Shown: positions 39,413 through 50,306, counted from the stretch's first letter. The stretch: DNA of 64,000 bases from a bacterium (GCA_963669175.1 OY769902.1:1024001-1088000); one strand, 5' to 3'. Program-made: numbers and translations. The notes: a model not told the origin generated them from the letters alone.

Positions 39413-39796
39413 AATCTACCTCGTCACAAGTTGTCGCAAGTTCTGAAGATAGGTAAGGTACACCAAACGGTCAAGGTAAACCTGAGAACTCACTGATCCT
39501 GAAGTCCACCCGGAAACAGGAGAGCTTAACACAGGATAGAAAAAGCTGCTCGTGAAAATAAACCGTCATGATATACGCGTCCCCTTTTCCCGGCAATCCC
39601 CATTATAACGGGAAGATATCGAGCACAGCACACAAAATGCGGCAAGGTAAGTATTAAATCAATATAGATTTAAGACAATTATTGGTGAAAGTTAGCTAAT
39701 TGAAGACATATTGCAATGATATGTCTCTCTTTGTGTTGGATCACCGCTATGATTTCCGTACACTCTTCTAACATTTTCTGACTCATAACAAAGGAA

Positions 39797-40813
39797 ATGG
39801 CAATGAAAACGCCCCTTCGCGAGCACTATTCCGGGTGTCTTATCGGTCAGTGTCTTGGAGACGCCCTGGGATGTCCCTTGGAAGGATTAGACGCCCCCTT
39901 CTGCATGAACGCCTTAAACGAGCTGAATCTCCGTGGCATCGTTGCATGGAGAAGCTCACAATCCCTCCCGCCCGGTCAGTATACGGATGATTCTCAACTG
40001 GCTCGGGAACTGTTGCGTAGTCTCCTGGCTCAAAATGGGTTCGATGCAAAAGACTATTCGGCACGCCTGGTAGACTTGTTCCTTTCTGACAAGGTTGTCG
40101 GCCAGGGTATGGCGACACACAATGCCGTAATGCGTCTTTCGCGTAATATACCCTGGGAGGCAAGTGGCGCGCCTGCACCATCGGCAGGAAACGGCACTGC
40201 AATGCGTGCCGGGCCGGTTGGCCTCTTCTACTACAATGATCCGGATAAATTATGTGAAGTTGCTCATTTGCAGGGATATGGCACTCACCAGGATCCACGC
40301 TGCAGCGCCGGTTCTATTGCCATTGCGGGCGCAGTCGCTCTTGCCTTGACCATGGAAGAGATCGAACCAGTCGCTTTCTGTAACCAGTTGGCAGCATGGA
40401 TGGAGCCCTATGATAAAGGGTTTTCCGGTTATATTCGCATGCTGCCGAATTGTCTGCATAGCAGTTTCGATACATGTGTGGAAAAACTGCTTGCCATTGA
40501 CAGAACTGGAGACATGACCAGCCACTGGCCGGGAGTATCTCCCTATGTCGTTACCAGCGTATGCTGGAGTCTTTTCGCTTTTCTCCTGAATCCGGAAGAT
40601 TACTGGAAAGCTGTCCAGATGGCGATCGTGATTGGAGGCGATGTTGACACGACCGGCGCCATGACAGGCGCCATAGCCGGAGCCAGGGTTGGACTGGACA
40701 GGATACCCGAAGACTTTGCCAGGATGGTAAATGATCAAAATGAATGGGGCTATAGCGAGCTGAAGGAATTGGCGGACCAGGTTTTTGACAGGCTTCATCC
40801 CGGACAGGCATAA
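39797..40813 (+). CDS. ADP-ribosylglycohydrolase (DraG/ARH family)
   Basis: GDALG, YTDDSQ, GNGTAMR, GGDVDTTGAMTGAIAGA. Confidence 0.9.
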   Translation: MAMKTPLREHYSGCLIGQCLGDALGCPLEGLDAPFCMNALNELNLRGIVAWRSSQSLPPGQYTDDSQLARELLRSLLAQNGFDAKDYSARLVDLFLSDKVVGQGMATHNAVMRLSRNIPWEASGAPAPSAGNGTAMRAGPVGLFYYNDPDKLCEVAHLQGYGTHQDPRCSAGSIAIAGAVALALTMEEIEPVAFCNQLAAWMEPYDKGFSGYIRMLPNCLHSSFDTCVEKLLAIDRTGDMTSHWPGVSPYVVTSVCWSLFAFLLNPEDYWKAVQMAIVIGGDVDTTGAMTGAIAGARVGLDRIPEDFARMVNDQNEWGYSELKELADQVFDRLHPGQA

Positions 40814-40858
40814 AAAAAACCGCAATGCGGTTATCAGGGGTAATACGGATACGTTGAG

Positions 40859-41266
40859 TTAACGGAACAACGCCTTCAGGCTGCCCCAGGTTTGCTGTAC
40901 CAGGTTATTATTAACTTCCACAGACCTTACGGGGCTGTACGACTGGTTGCCACCATAGCTCGTGTCGATCCGGAGGCGGTAATAATAGGTTGTTGCGGAA
41001 GCCTTCAGCACATCATGATCGATGTACGTATAGGTCTCGCCATTTCCCAGGAGATTGTTGAATGTGGCGATCTCCAGGAAATTGTCCTGGTTGCCCATGG
41101 AGCGCTCGATGGCGTAACGGGTCACACCGCGTTCGTCCGCCATTTGCCAGGTAATCACCGGCCAGGAGCCGTTGATATAGGCACGGAAGCTTTGAAGCTG
41201 TGCACCAATAGCTGCTACACTGAGAAGCAGTACAAGTATGGATGCTATGTAGTAGTGCTTTTTCAT
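40859..41266 (-). CDS. Small secreted Ig/Fn3-like protein with C-terminal TWGSLKALFR motif
   Basis: Signal peptide; LQSFRA..ITW....E.....YAIERS...YTYID...YYYRL. Confidence 0.75.
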   Translation of the reverse strand: MKKHYYIASILVLLLSVAAIGAQLQSFRAYINGSWPVITWQMADERGVTRYAIERSMGNQDNFLEIATFNNLLGNGETYTYIDHDVLKASATTYYYRLRIDTSYGGNQSYSPVRSVEVNNNLVQQTWGSLKALFR

Positions 41267-41530
41267 GTTACCAATAAACTAAGCAACTTTCGTTCTACAG
41301 GTCAAGTCCCAGATTCAATGAAACAACATAAATCTCTGTGAAGAATTAACCCGTGATTCACCGCACGTCTCCGCAGTCACTAACCGTTAACCGGAGACAT
41401 GTATTATATTTTTATGATCGTCTCGAACCTCGAGTCTTTTTCCCCTTGCCAGTCGCATGAGAATGCTCTACATTTCGGGGTTCCAGATAATACGTCAAGA
41501 CAACAGCTTACGTCAAGCAGGTAAACACTC

Positions 41531-42211
41531 ATGGCACGTGCCCAAAAAAGACTGACCAAAAAAGAGATTCGCCAGGATCCGCTGATTGAAACAGCCGGCA
41601 AGGCGAAAAGTTTCATGGATGTTCATGGCCGTCTGGTGTCCATCATAGCAGCGGCTATCATTGCTGTGGTCATCGTTGTTGTGGTCTTCAGCAACATTCG
41701 TGAGCAAGCCAACTATGATGCGTTGACTTCACTTGCCAGGATTCGCCAGGTAGTGGCGACCGGGAAGAAGGATGTAGCCACAGACAGTCTCAATGTCATA
41801 GCTGACCGGTATACCGGAACACAGGGTGGTGCGGAAGCAGTCATTCAGTTGGCAGAGTTGCAGCTTGCTGAAGGAAACAATGAAGAAGCCCTGGAGGCGT
41901 TTCAGCGTCTCGGAGACAAATACAGCGGTGAATATCTGATGACAGAAGCCGCGTTAAGCGGTCAGGCGGCGGCGCTGGAGAACCTGGGCCGCTACGAAGA
42001 AGCTGCTCAGACCTGCGAAGAGCTGTACCGGAAGAACAAGTTTGGTCATGTAAAGCCTTTCGCCCTTTTCGAAGCCGGGCGTCTCTGGGTTCTCGCTGGC
42101 GATAACGACCGTGCAGCAAAGAAATTCCAGCAGTTGCTTGACGATTATGAAGAGACCGATTTCGACAAGGAAGCGGAACTTCAACTGACGTTGTTGCAGC
42201 AGCAAGGGTAA
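41531..42211 (+). CDS. Membrane-anchored TPR protein (YfgM-like)
   Basis: LTKKEIRQD N-terminus, one TM helix, TPR-like helices. Confidence 0.8.
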   Translation: MARAQKRLTKKEIRQDPLIETAGKAKSFMDVHGRLVSIIAAAIIAVVIVVVVFSNIREQANYDALTSLARIRQVVATGKKDVATDSLNVIADRYTGTQGGAEAVIQLAELQLAEGNNEEALEAFQRLGDKYSGEYLMTEAALSGQAAALENLGRYEEAAQTCEELYRKNKFGHVKPFALFEAGRLWVLAGDNDRAAKKFQQLLDDYEETDFDKEAELQLTLLQQQG

Positions 42212-42271
42212 GTTGCGAGCCAATCTATAGCTTGACTTTTATGAAGTTTCTTTTTAGCTTAGGATGCTATC

Positions 42272-42294
42272 AAGAGTGGGCCTCGCCCACTCTT
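42272..42294 (+). promoter_or_regulatory. rimP leader hairpin
   Basis: AAGAGTGGGC-CTC-GCCCACTCTT perfect stem, typical of the region upstream of rimP-nusA-infB. Confidence 0.75.
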
Positions 42295-42317
42295 TACTTT
42301 TAGGCAAGGGTACTGTT

Positions 42318-42848
42318 TTGTTGACCGAGCGCCGCATTCGCGAACTTCTCATTCCCACTATTACGGATGCAGACGTTGAAGTGATGGACATCCGTGTTGG
42401 TGGTGCAGGCGGACGTTTGCGCATGACAGTGACCCTGGACCATCATCAGCGCGCGATTACGCTTGACGAGTGCGGGATGTGGTCACGCAGGTTTGAAGAA
42501 GCGTTGGACCTCGCAAAAGATGTTCCGCGTGAATACGCGCTGGATGTGTCATCGCCCGGGTTGGACTGGCCCCTGAAGCAGGCCTGGCAATTCGAAAAGA
42601 ATGTGGGTCGAACATTACAATTGGTTTACCGTGCCCCCGAGCTGGAAGATCAGCTTGAGACTACGGCAAAAGTAGCCAGACCGGTTATGGGGAAGAAGAA
42701 AAAGCAGAAGAAGCTTGCAGCTCCCCCGGGACATCGTCTGGTTGAAGCAGAGCTAAAGGCTGTACGGGAAAACGGTATCGTCATGGGAGAAAGCGATCTC
42801 TACGAGTTTGATCGCATTACGGAGGCGCGAGTCGCCCTACCGTGGTAG
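42318..42848 (+). CDS. rimP: Ribosome maturation factor RimP
   Basis: ITLDEC...YALDVSSPGLDWPL; first gene of the nusA operon. A TTG start after the leader hairpin is inferred. Confidence 0.85.
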   Translation: MLTERRIRELLIPTITDADVEVMDIRVGGAGGRLRMTVTLDHHQRAITLDECGMWSRRFEEALDLAKDVPREYALDVSSPGLDWPLKQAWQFEKNVGRTLQLVYRAPELEDQLETTAKVARPVMGKKKKQKKLAAPPGHRLVEAELKAVRENGIVMGESDLYEFDRITEARVALPW

Positions 42849-42902
42849 ATCGAAGCGTTACCGACTTTCACCCGAAAACCGGGAAACCCGGAGAGTGAAA
42901 AG

Positions 42903-44135
42903 ATGAATCAAGCGGTTGTCGATGCGATTTCTCAGATCATTCGCGACAAGGACATTGACCGCGAGGCGTTTCAGGACATCATTGAATCGGTGTTCCTAAA
43001 GGCGATCGAGAAGAGGTACGGAACCAGCGATAATTTCTCGGTGATTTTCAACATCGACAAGGGCGACATTGAAATTTACGCTGAGAAGTTGGTGGTTGAG
43101 GACGGTGAGGTGGAAGATGAAGCCACTGAAATCGAACTGTCCAGGGCTGTTGAAATTGACCCCGATCTCGAGGTGGGCGACGAGTTTGTGGAAGTAATTG
43201 ATTTTCACAAATTCGGTCGTCGGTTGATTATCTCTGCCAAGCAGAACCTGATCCAGAAGATCAAGGAAATCGAAAAGGCGAACCTGTACGATGAATTCTC
43301 CAAGCGTATCGGGGAAATTGTCATCGGGGACATTCACCAGATCAACAAGCATGAGCTTCGGATCAATATTGACAAAACAGAAGTTATCATGCCCCAGAGC
43401 GAACAGATTTATAATGAACGCTATCGTCGTGGGCAGTCGGTAAAGGCCATTATCACATCCGTGCGAGAGACAAACCGTGATCCGGAAATCATTGTCTCAC
43501 GCAAGAGTCCGTTATTTGTAAAGCGTTTGTTTGAGCTTGAAGTGCCAGAAATTTTTGACAGCATTGTCGAGATCAAAGATATCGCCCGTGAAGCCGGTGA
43601 CCGTACGAAGATCGCAGTTGAATCCAATGATCGTCGTGTGGATCCGGTAGGCGCCTGTGTCGGTATGAAGGGCGTTCGAATCCAGGCGATTGTTCGTGAA
43701 TTAAACAATGAAAAAATCGACATCATTCACTGGACCAACGACCGTGAACTGATGGTTCGTCGCAGTCTTGCACCGGTTATTCCGGTAGAGATCATCTTCC
43801 ATGATCCGGACCAGCGTTGCACCGTCGTGATTCCGGATGACCAGATGTCTATCGCAATTGGCCGTCGTGGTCAGAATATTCGTCTGGCCAGTCAGATCAC
43901 CGGACATGAAATCGAGCCGGTGAAGGAAAGCGAATACTATGTGGAAGAGCTTTCCCTTGCGGATGTGGATGAACTGACAGAAGAATGGCGTGAATTATTG
44001 ACCAAGGCTGGATACAATTCGGCCGAAGAAGTGCTGGATGCGGGCAAGGATGCCTTGATCCAGATTGAAGCTCTTGATGAAGAACAAACAGAAAAGATAT
44101 TGACAATTCTTGGCTCGTATTTCGAGCAGGAATAG
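42903..44135 (+). CDS. nusA: Transcription termination/antitermination factor NusA
   Basis: FGRR..AKQ, LFELEVPEI, DPVGACVGMKG, AIGRRGQN. Confidence 0.97.
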   Translation: MNQAVVDAISQIIRDKDIDREAFQDIIESVFLKAIEKRYGTSDNFSVIFNIDKGDIEIYAEKLVVEDGEVEDEATEIELSRAVEIDPDLEVGDEFVEVIDFHKFGRRLIISAKQNLIQKIKEIEKANLYDEFSKRIGEIVIGDIHQINKHELRINIDKTEVIMPQSEQIYNERYRRGQSVKAIITSVRETNRDPEIIVSRKSPLFVKRLFELEVPEIFDSIVEIKDIAREAGDRTKIAVESNDRRVDPVGACVGMKGVRIQAIVRELNNEKIDIIHWTNDRELMVRRSLAPVIPVEIIFHDPDQRCTVVIPDDQMSIAIGRRGQNIRLASQITGHEIEPVKESEYYVEELSLADVDELTEEWRELLTKAGYNSAEEVLDAGKDALIQIEALDEEQTEKILTILGSYFEQE

Positions 44136-44158
44136 ACGGGAAGCACACGGAGTAGGAT

Positions 44159-46948
44159 TTGGCGGCGAAAAAAGCCCGCAAATTGTTCCAGGTAGCAAAG
44201 GAACTGAACCTTGCACTAGATACGTTAACCAACGAACTGGATTCGCAAGGATTTGAGGCTACCAAGAGGCAGATGACCCCCATCCCAGATGAGGTGTACC
44301 AGTCTCTGCTCAAGCGTTTTGCGCCGGATCGATGGGCGGAACTTCAGGCAGAAGAAGAGCGTCGTGAAACAGAAGCCAAGGCCCGGGAAACGAAAGAGAT
44401 CCGGGACGCTGAGCTTCAGAAAATCTATGAGGCGCCGGCACCGGAGAAGTCACCAGCAGCTCCTGCAAAGAAGCGGCCGTCCGTACGGTCGATTTCTGCT
44501 GATGACGTTATCCCGGTTCCACCACCTGAAGCGAAAGTTCCTGAAGCTGAAAAGCCGGCCGCGAAGCAACAGGAGGCGAAGCCAGCTCCTGTAGAAGAGG
44601 CCAGGCAGGCGCCGGGGGGCGAACAGGAAGAAAAGCCTGCAGAGCAGCCCCGGGAAAAACGCAAGACGCGCAAGAAAACCACCAGTCCGAGTGTGCGCCA
44701 GGCGCCGGCAGAAATGCCCGCTGCCGAGACTGAAGAGCAGGTGAAGGGAAAAGAAAGGCATAAAGCCAAGCCGGCAGCGCGGTTGTCTGTTCGTGGCGCT
44801 GTCAGCAATGATGATATTGTTCAGTATACGCCTCCGCCCAAGGAGGAAAAGCCGGAAACACCACCGCCGCCGCCGTCCGCGCCTCGCAAAACCAGCGAGG
44901 AAGAGGACGAGGAAGGCGCCAAGCGCAAGCGTAAACGCAAGCGCAAGACGCGCAAGACGGAAGACAAGCCGCAGCAGGAACAGGCTACAAGCGCCAAGGG
45001 TGGTGGCTGGGTCGCTACCGGAAAGAGTTCCAAGCGCAAGCGTAAACGCGACAAGAAAAAGAAAGTCGACGTCAAAGAGGTCCAGGATTCCGTCCGGAAG
45101 ACCCTTGCCGCCATGGATGATCGCGGCAAGAAACGCAGGAAGCGCAAGATCACATCCGATGTCGGTATGGTCGATGATGAGACCAACCTGCTGAAGGTGA
45201 CAGAGTTTGTATCAACTTCCGAGCTTGCACAATTGATGGATGTTGCAGTCACGGAGTTGATCAAGGAATGTATGCTTCTTGGCCTGCGTGTGACCATCAA
45301 CCAGCGTCTTGAAAAAGACACGATTGAATTGCTGGCTGAAGAACACGGTTACAAAGTTGAATTCATCGACCAGGTGGACGACGAAGATATCGCGGGTGAA
45401 GAGGAAGAAGAGGATGACGGTGAATTGATGCCACGTCCTCCGGTTGTTACCGTCATGGGTCACGTTGACCACGGTAAAACCTCCTTGCTCGACTATATCC
45501 GCAGTACGCAGGTCGTAGCCGGTGAAGCGGGTGGTATCACCCAGCATATCGGCGCGTATGAAATTGAATACGACGAAAAGAAGATCACCTTCCTGGATAC
45601 ACCGGGCCACGAAGCGTTTACCGCTATGCGTGCCCGTGGCGCCCAGGCAACCGATATTGTTGTGCTGGTTATCGCTGCTGATGACCAGGTGATGCCTCAG
45701 ACCGTTGAAGCGATTGACCACGCCAAGGCGGCCAATGTGCCGATGGTGGTGGCGATCAACAAGATGGATAAGGCCGGCGCTAATCCGACCAAGGTGAAGC
45801 GTCAGCTCGCCGACATGAATGTGGTCGTGGAAGAGTTCGGCGGTGATGTACAGATCGCTGAAGTGTCTGCCAAGTCCGGTATGGGCATTGAAGATTTGCT
45901 GGCGAAAATCCTGATTGCTGCAGAAATGCTGGAACTCCAGGCGGTTCAGGATGCTCCGGCGCGAGGTGTTGTGGTAGAATCACGGCTGGACAAGGGACGT
46001 GGCACCATCTGTACCGTACTGGTGCAGAAGGGCACGCTGCATGAACACGATGTGTTCGTTGCCGGACCGTACTTCGGTCGTGTGCGTGCCATGTTTGACG
46101 AGCGTGGCAAGAAGAAAACGGAAGCAAAGCCGGGTCAGCCGGTTGAGATTACCGGTTTCGAATCGGCTCCGCATGTGGGCGACTCCTTTATCGTATATGT
46201 GAACGAAAAGGAAGCGCGCGATATCGCATCCAAACGTCAGCTTCAGCTTCGTGAACAGGAAATGCGTCTGAAGGAAAGCTTCAGCAAACCGAGTTTTCTG
46301 ACTACACTTGAAGGCAGCGAGAAGAAGATCCTGAACCTGATCATCAAGGGTGACGTGGACGGCTCAGTTGAAGCCATTGCTGATGCGTTGATGCGTTTGT
46401 CTACTACCGAAGTGGAAGTGAAGATTATTCACCGAAGCGTAGGCCCGATCAACGAATCCAACGTGCTGTTGGCCAGCGCCTCACACGCCCTGATTATCGG
46501 ATTTAATGTTCACCCGAACCTGAACGCTCGTGAAATGGCGGCACGTGAAAGCGTGACTTATCGCACCTATCGCGTCATTTACGAACTGATTGAAGATATC
46601 AAGGCCGACATCATCGGCATGCACCGTCGTGAATTCGAAGAACAGGTGCTGGGTACGATTGAGGTGCGTGACCTGTTCAAGATCAGCCGTATCGGCACCA
46701 TCGCCGGTTGCCATGTGGTGCAGGGCAAGATTGACCGTTCCAACAAGGTTCGCGTGATCCGCGATGGCTCGGAAATCTACCACGGTGATATTGATACGTT
46801 AAAGCGTTTCAAGGACGACGTGAAGGAAGTGCAGCAGGGCTACGATTGCGGTATCAAGGTTGCCAACTTCAACGACATCAAGGTGGGTGACGTTCTGGAA
46901 TCCTACCACATGGTTGAAGTGGAACGTGAGATCGAGGTAGAAGGATAA
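44159..46948 (+). CDS. infB: Translation initiation factor IF-2
   Basis: [42 protein letters not shown]. Confidence 0.97.
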   Translation: MAAKKARKLFQVAKELNLALDTLTNELDSQGFEATKRQMTPIPDEVYQSLLKRFAPDRWAELQAEEERRETEAKARETKEIRDAELQKIYEAPAPEKSPAAPAKKRPSVRSISADDVIPVPPPEAKVPEAEKPAAKQQEAKPAPVEEARQAPGGEQEEKPAEQPREKRKTRKKTTSPSVRQAPAEMPAAETEEQVKGKERHKAKPAARLSVRGAVSNDDIVQYTPPPKEEKPETPPPPPSAPRKTSEEEDEEGAKRKRKRKRKTRKTEDKPQQEQATSAKGGGWVATGKSSKRKRKRDKKKKVDVKEVQDSVRKTLAAMDDRGKKRRKRKITSDVGMVDDETNLLKVTEFVSTSELAQLMDVAVTELIKECMLLGLRVTINQRLEKDTIELLAEEHGYKVEFIDQVDDEDIAGEEEEEDDGELMPRPPVVTVMGHVDHGKTSLLDYIRSTQVVAGEAGGITQHIGAYEIEYDEKKITFLDTPGHEAFTAMRARGAQATDIVVLVIAADDQVMPQTVEAIDHAKAANVPMVVAINKMDKAGANPTKVKRQLADMNVVVEEFGGDVQIAEVSAKSGMGIEDLLAKILIAAEMLELQAVQDAPARGVVVESRLDKGRGTICTVLVQKGTLHEHDVFVAGPYFGRVRAMFDERGKKKTEAKPGQPVEITGFESAPHVGDSFIVYVNEKEARDIASKRQLQLREQEMRLKESFSKPSFLTTLEGSEKKILNLIIKGDVDGSVEAIADALMRLSTTEVEVKIIHRSVGPINESNVLLASASHALIIGFNVHPNLNAREMAARESVTYRTYRVIYELIEDIKADIIGMHRREFEEQVLGTIEVRDLFKISRIGTIAGCHVVQGKIDRSNKVRVIRDGSEIYHGDIDTLKRFKDDVKEVQQGYDCGIKVANFNDIKVGDVLESYHMVEVEREIEVEG

Positions 46949-46949
46949 G

Positions 46950-47237
46950 GTGGCTGCCGCCATCGGACTGCTGGAGCTGGATATTCTGATTCCCGGCTCA
47001 ACGTCATTGAAAGATAAACGAAAAGTCATTCGTTCATTGAAAGACAAGCTTCGCGAACGGTATAATGTATCGGTCGCCGAAGTTGACTACCAGGACCTGG
47101 TGGGGCGTTGTCACCTTGCAGTTGTTACGGTTGCTCCGGATTGCAGCAAAGCGCAGGAGCGACTGGATGCTGCGGCAAGGCTGGCAGATTCCATACCTGG
47201 CGCCGTAGTCCGTGAACAAATGGTGCAGTTTCTCTAG
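46950..47237 (+). CDS. DUF503 (YlxP-like) protein
   Basis: SLKDKRKV, NVSVAEVD; located between infB and rbfA. Confidence 0.85.
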   Translation: MAAAIGLLELDILIPGSTSLKDKRKVIRSLKDKLRERYNVSVAEVDYQDLVGRCHLAVVTVAPDCSKAQERLDAAARLADSIPGAVVREQMVQFL

Positions 47238-47348
47238 AAGTTGGAAAGTTTAAAAGTTTAAAAGTTCAAAAGTTATTGAATGGTAACTAAAGAGTCATTG
47301 TTGTAGACGCAAAATAGATATTTCAGTAACTTTGTAACTTTCAAACTT
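47238..47348. repeat. Inverted pair of 8-bp tandem arrays (nnAAAGTT)x5 ... (AACTTTnn)x3
   Basis: aagttggaaagtttaaaagtttaaaagttcaaaagtt ... taactttgtaactttcaaactt. Confidence 0.75.
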
Positions 47349-47369
47349 GAAAAAGCGGTATAAAGACGG

Positions 47370-47765
47370 ATGAAAATACCGAAGAAGACACGCTCTTACA
47401 GACTTGGAGCAGAGATACAAAAGATCGTCGGAGAATTTCTCCGTCGTGAGATAGAGCCCTATTTTCCGGGCAGCCTGGTAACGGTGACGGAAATACGGGT
47501 ATCGGATGATTTCAAAGTCGCGGGGATATATGTATCGATCAACCCCGCTGAAGATACGGACGAACGGGATATCCAACGGGCGGCGGTAAAACGGTTGCCC
47601 GGCTTACGCAAGGCAGTGGCCCAACAGATTCGCATGCGTAAGATCCCTGAGTTTCGCTTTTTCTGGGACGACACATTGGAACGTGCTGACCGGATTGAGC
47701 AGTTGTTGAACCAAATTCACAGCTCCCAATCCCCCCCTGAAGAGGAACCGGGTGCCGAGACCTGA
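47370..47765 (+). CDS. rbfA: Ribosome-binding factor A
   Basis: VTVTEIRVSDD, RKIPEFRFFWDDTLE; operon context. Confidence 0.9.
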   Translation: MKIPKKTRSYRLGAEIQKIVGEFLRREIEPYFPGSLVTVTEIRVSDDFKVAGIYVSINPAEDTDERDIQRAAVKRLPGLRKAVAQQIRMRKIPEFRFFWDDTLERADRIEQLLNQIHSSQSPPEEEPGAET

Positions 47766-48711
47766 TATTGTACAGGAGATTCTTGGCACTGATGATTTCC
47801 TGGTCACGTGCCACATTTCACCGGATGGCGATGCCATCGGGTCGGTGTTGGCAATGGTCTCGCTCCTGCATGCGCTGGGAAAGAAAGCTACGGGTGTTCT
47901 ACCCGACCCTGCGCCGTTGCGGTACCATTTCCTTGCTGGAGTGTCCGAACTGGTTGTCGTAGATGATACGTCAAATCATCCTGCTTACAAGGCTGCTGTT
48001 ATCCTTGACGCGGGTGAGTTTGGTCGTATCGGGCAGGTAGCGCCCCTGGTCGGCGATGGCGTGAAAGTGATCAACATTGATCATCACACGTCCAACGACG
48101 GTTTTGGCGACGCAGCCTGGGTTGACGCTTCAGCCAGTGCGACCTCGGAAATGTTGCATGATCTGTTCCGTGAGTTCAAGATCACTCCGGACAGGGATGC
48201 CGCGATGGCGATGTACGTCGCGATCATGACCGATACAGGACGGTTCCGTTTCAGCAATACTACGGCGCGGACGTTTGCAACGGCCGCAGCCCTGGTGCAG
48301 CAGGGGGCCAATCCCGCGGTTGCCGCGGAAATGGTGTTCTACACCACTCCCAAGCGCGTGGTCAACACGTTGGCCAAATTCCTGTCCCGGATTGAATTGT
48401 TCGAAAATGGCCGTATTTCGATGTCGAACATCACCCTGGATGAAAAGAATGTGGACACGGAAGGTTTCGTGGACCACATCTCTGCCATTCACGGGGTAGA
48501 AGTCTGTGCCTTGTTGCGTGAAATTGAAAAGGACAAGTTCAAGGTGTCCCTGCGCAGCAATTCAGACGAAATTGATGTTGCGGCTATTGCGGCTGAGATG
48601 GGTGGCGGAGGCCACAAGAAAGCGGCCGGATGCCGGGTCAGCGGTACTTTGAGCCAGAGTAAAGAGATCCTCTTATCAGCGCTGAAACAAGCCATGAACG
48701 GCAAGGCATAA
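47752..48711 (+). CDS. nrnA: DHH/DHHA1 oligoribonuclease / PAP phosphatase (NrnA-like)
   Basis: HISPDGDAIGS, NIDHH, TDTGRF, SLRS, GGGHKKAAG. Confidence 0.85.
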   Translation: MPRPDIVQEILGTDDFLVTCHISPDGDAIGSVLAMVSLLHALGKKATGVLPDPAPLRYHFLAGVSELVVVDDTSNHPAYKAAVILDAGEFGRIGQVAPLVGDGVKVINIDHHTSNDGFGDAAWVDASASATSEMLHDLFREFKITPDRDAAMAMYVAIMTDTGRFRFSNTTARTFATAAALVQQGANPAVAAEMVFYTTPKRVVNTLAKFLSRIELFENGRISMSNITLDEKNVDTEGFVDHISAIHGVEVCALLREIEKDKFKVSLRSNSDEIDVAAIAAEMGGGGHKKAAGCRVSGTLSQSKEILLSALKQAMNGKA

Positions 48712-49376
48712 TCCGGACGCCGGATGGTGTTTTCATCCTGATTGATAAACCGTCAGGCTGGACATCGTTCGATGTGTGTTCACGGATTCGCTCGGTTACC
48801 GGTGAAAACCGTGTCGGCCATGCCGGGGCGCTGGATCCGATGGCGACCGGTTTGCTGGTTGTGGCGCTTGGCAGCGCGACAACGTCCCTGACCGGGGGGC
48901 TGGCCGGCTCGAAAGAATACCTGGCTACGATCAAGCTGGGCAGACTGAGCGAGACCTGGGACAGTGACGCGCCGTGGTCCCTTGAAGCGAAAGTGCCGGT
49001 CTTTGACGAAGATATCCTGCGAATGACGTTGCGCGAAATCCGTGACGCGGGTAAACAGACTCCGCCCATGGTCGCTGCGGTCAAACGCAAAGGGATCAAG
49101 ATATACAAGCTGGCCCATCGTGGCTGGTGGATGGAACGGGAATCTCGTCCCGTTGAGATTGACAGGTTGGAAATGGTCGAGTATCGTCCCGAGGCAGGTG
49201 AGATTGATGTCGTTATTGCCGGTAGCGGGGGATTGTATGTGCGGACAGTCGCACATGACCTGGGGGTGTTGCTTGGAGTGCCGGCGTTGCTGGTACAATT
49301 GAGGCGAGTGCGGGTCGGAACCTATTCCGTGGAAGACGCGCTCTACGTAGATGAATTCGAAAGCACTTGGGCATAG
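48708..49376 (+). CDS. truB: tRNA pseudouridine(55) synthase, short form; start codon non-canonical or uncertain
   Basis: IDKPSGWTSFDV (upstream of the first GTG), GHAGALDPMATG, KEY, GLYVRTVAHDLG, LRRVRVG. Confidence 0.85.
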   Translation: MIRTPDGVFILIDKPSGWTSFDVCSRIRSVTGENRVGHAGALDPMATGLLVVALGSATTSLTGGLAGSKEYLATIKLGRLSETWDSDAPWSLEAKVPVFDEDILRMTLREIRDAGKQTPPMVAAVKRKGIKIYKLAHRGWWMERESRPVEIDRLEMVEYRPEAGEIDVVIAGSGGLYVRTVAHDLGVLLGVPALLVQLRRVRVGTYSVEDALYVDEFESTWA

Positions 49377-49382
49377 AAGATC

Positions 49383-50306
49383 ATGCGGGTAGAACGGTTA
49401 GGCACGGAGTCGCTAATCCGCGACGAAAAATCGACGGTTACTATTGGCAGTTATGACGGTGTGCATGTCGGGCACCGGAAAATTCTTGACCTGGTAATCG
49501 AAGGTGGACACAGCACGGTAGTTACGTTTCATCCGCACCCGCAATTGGTGTTGAAGAACCGTCCTGACCGGCTGGAATTATTGACACCGCTGGAAGAGAA
49601 GCTGCGGAAGCTGGAAAAAATCGGGATAAACCGGGTGGTGGTGGTCCCGTTTACAAACGAGTTCGCGTCGTTGTCCGCGCATGACTTCCTGCATGATGTG
49701 CTGGTTGACAAAATCGGACTGAAGCGCATCGTCGTTGGTTTCAATCATGCGTTTGGGCATGATCGTAAAGGCACGACCGAGTACCTTAGAGAGCAGGGAC
49801 AGCATCACGGGTTTGATGTTGTTGTGGTGGATGCGCACACATTGGAAGGCGCCGCGGTCAGCAGCACCCGGATTCGCAAGGCCCTGCGCAGCGGTGATTT
49901 GAAAACCGCCGGGTCTTTCCTGGGTACGCCCTATCGCCTGATCGGGACTGTTGTGTCGGGAAGCAGTCGTGGACGCAAGCTCGGTTTTCCCACGGCGAAC
50001 CTGAACCCGGTCGATCCGGATCAGTTAATTCCTGCGGAAGGCGTATACGCCATCCGTGTGCATGTAGAAGGCAATGTGTACCCAGGGGTTGGCAGCATCG
50101 GGTACAGCACGACTTTCGGCGAGAATCCGCTCAGGATAGAAGCGCATTTGTTCGATGTGGAACTGGACCTGTACGGGAAAAGGATAGCTATTGAATTGCT
50201 GGATTACCTTCGTCCGCAGGAAACCTATCCTGACGCGGACGCCTTGATCCGGCAGATGGAGATAGACAGACGCAAAGCGAAAGAAGCGATAGACGCAGCG
50301 TTATAG
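49383..50306 (+). CDS. ribF: Bifunctional riboflavin kinase / FAD synthetase
   Basis: GSYDGVHVGH, SSTRIR, GRKLGFPTAN, EAHLFD. Confidence 0.95.
   Translation: MRVERLGTESLIRDEKSTVTIGSYDGVHVGHRKILDLVIEGGHSTVVTFHPHPQLVLKNRPDRLELLTPLEEKLRKLEKIGINRVVVVPFTNEFASLSAHDFLHDVLVDKIGLKRIVVGFNHAFGHDRKGTTEYLREQGQHHGFDVVVVDAHTLEGAAVSSTRIRKALRSGDLKTAGSFLGTPYRLIGTVVSGSSRGRKLGFPTANLNPVDPDQLIPAEGVYAIRVHVEGNVYPGVGSIGYSTTFGENPLRIEAHLFDVELDLYGKRIAIELLDYLRPQETYPDADALIRQMEIDRRKAKEAIDAAL

Noticed and set aside
39797-40813. ADP-ribosylglycohydrolase as part of a toxin-antitoxin or defence system
   Set aside because: No ADP-ribosyltransferase, macrodomain or other defence gene is adjacent.
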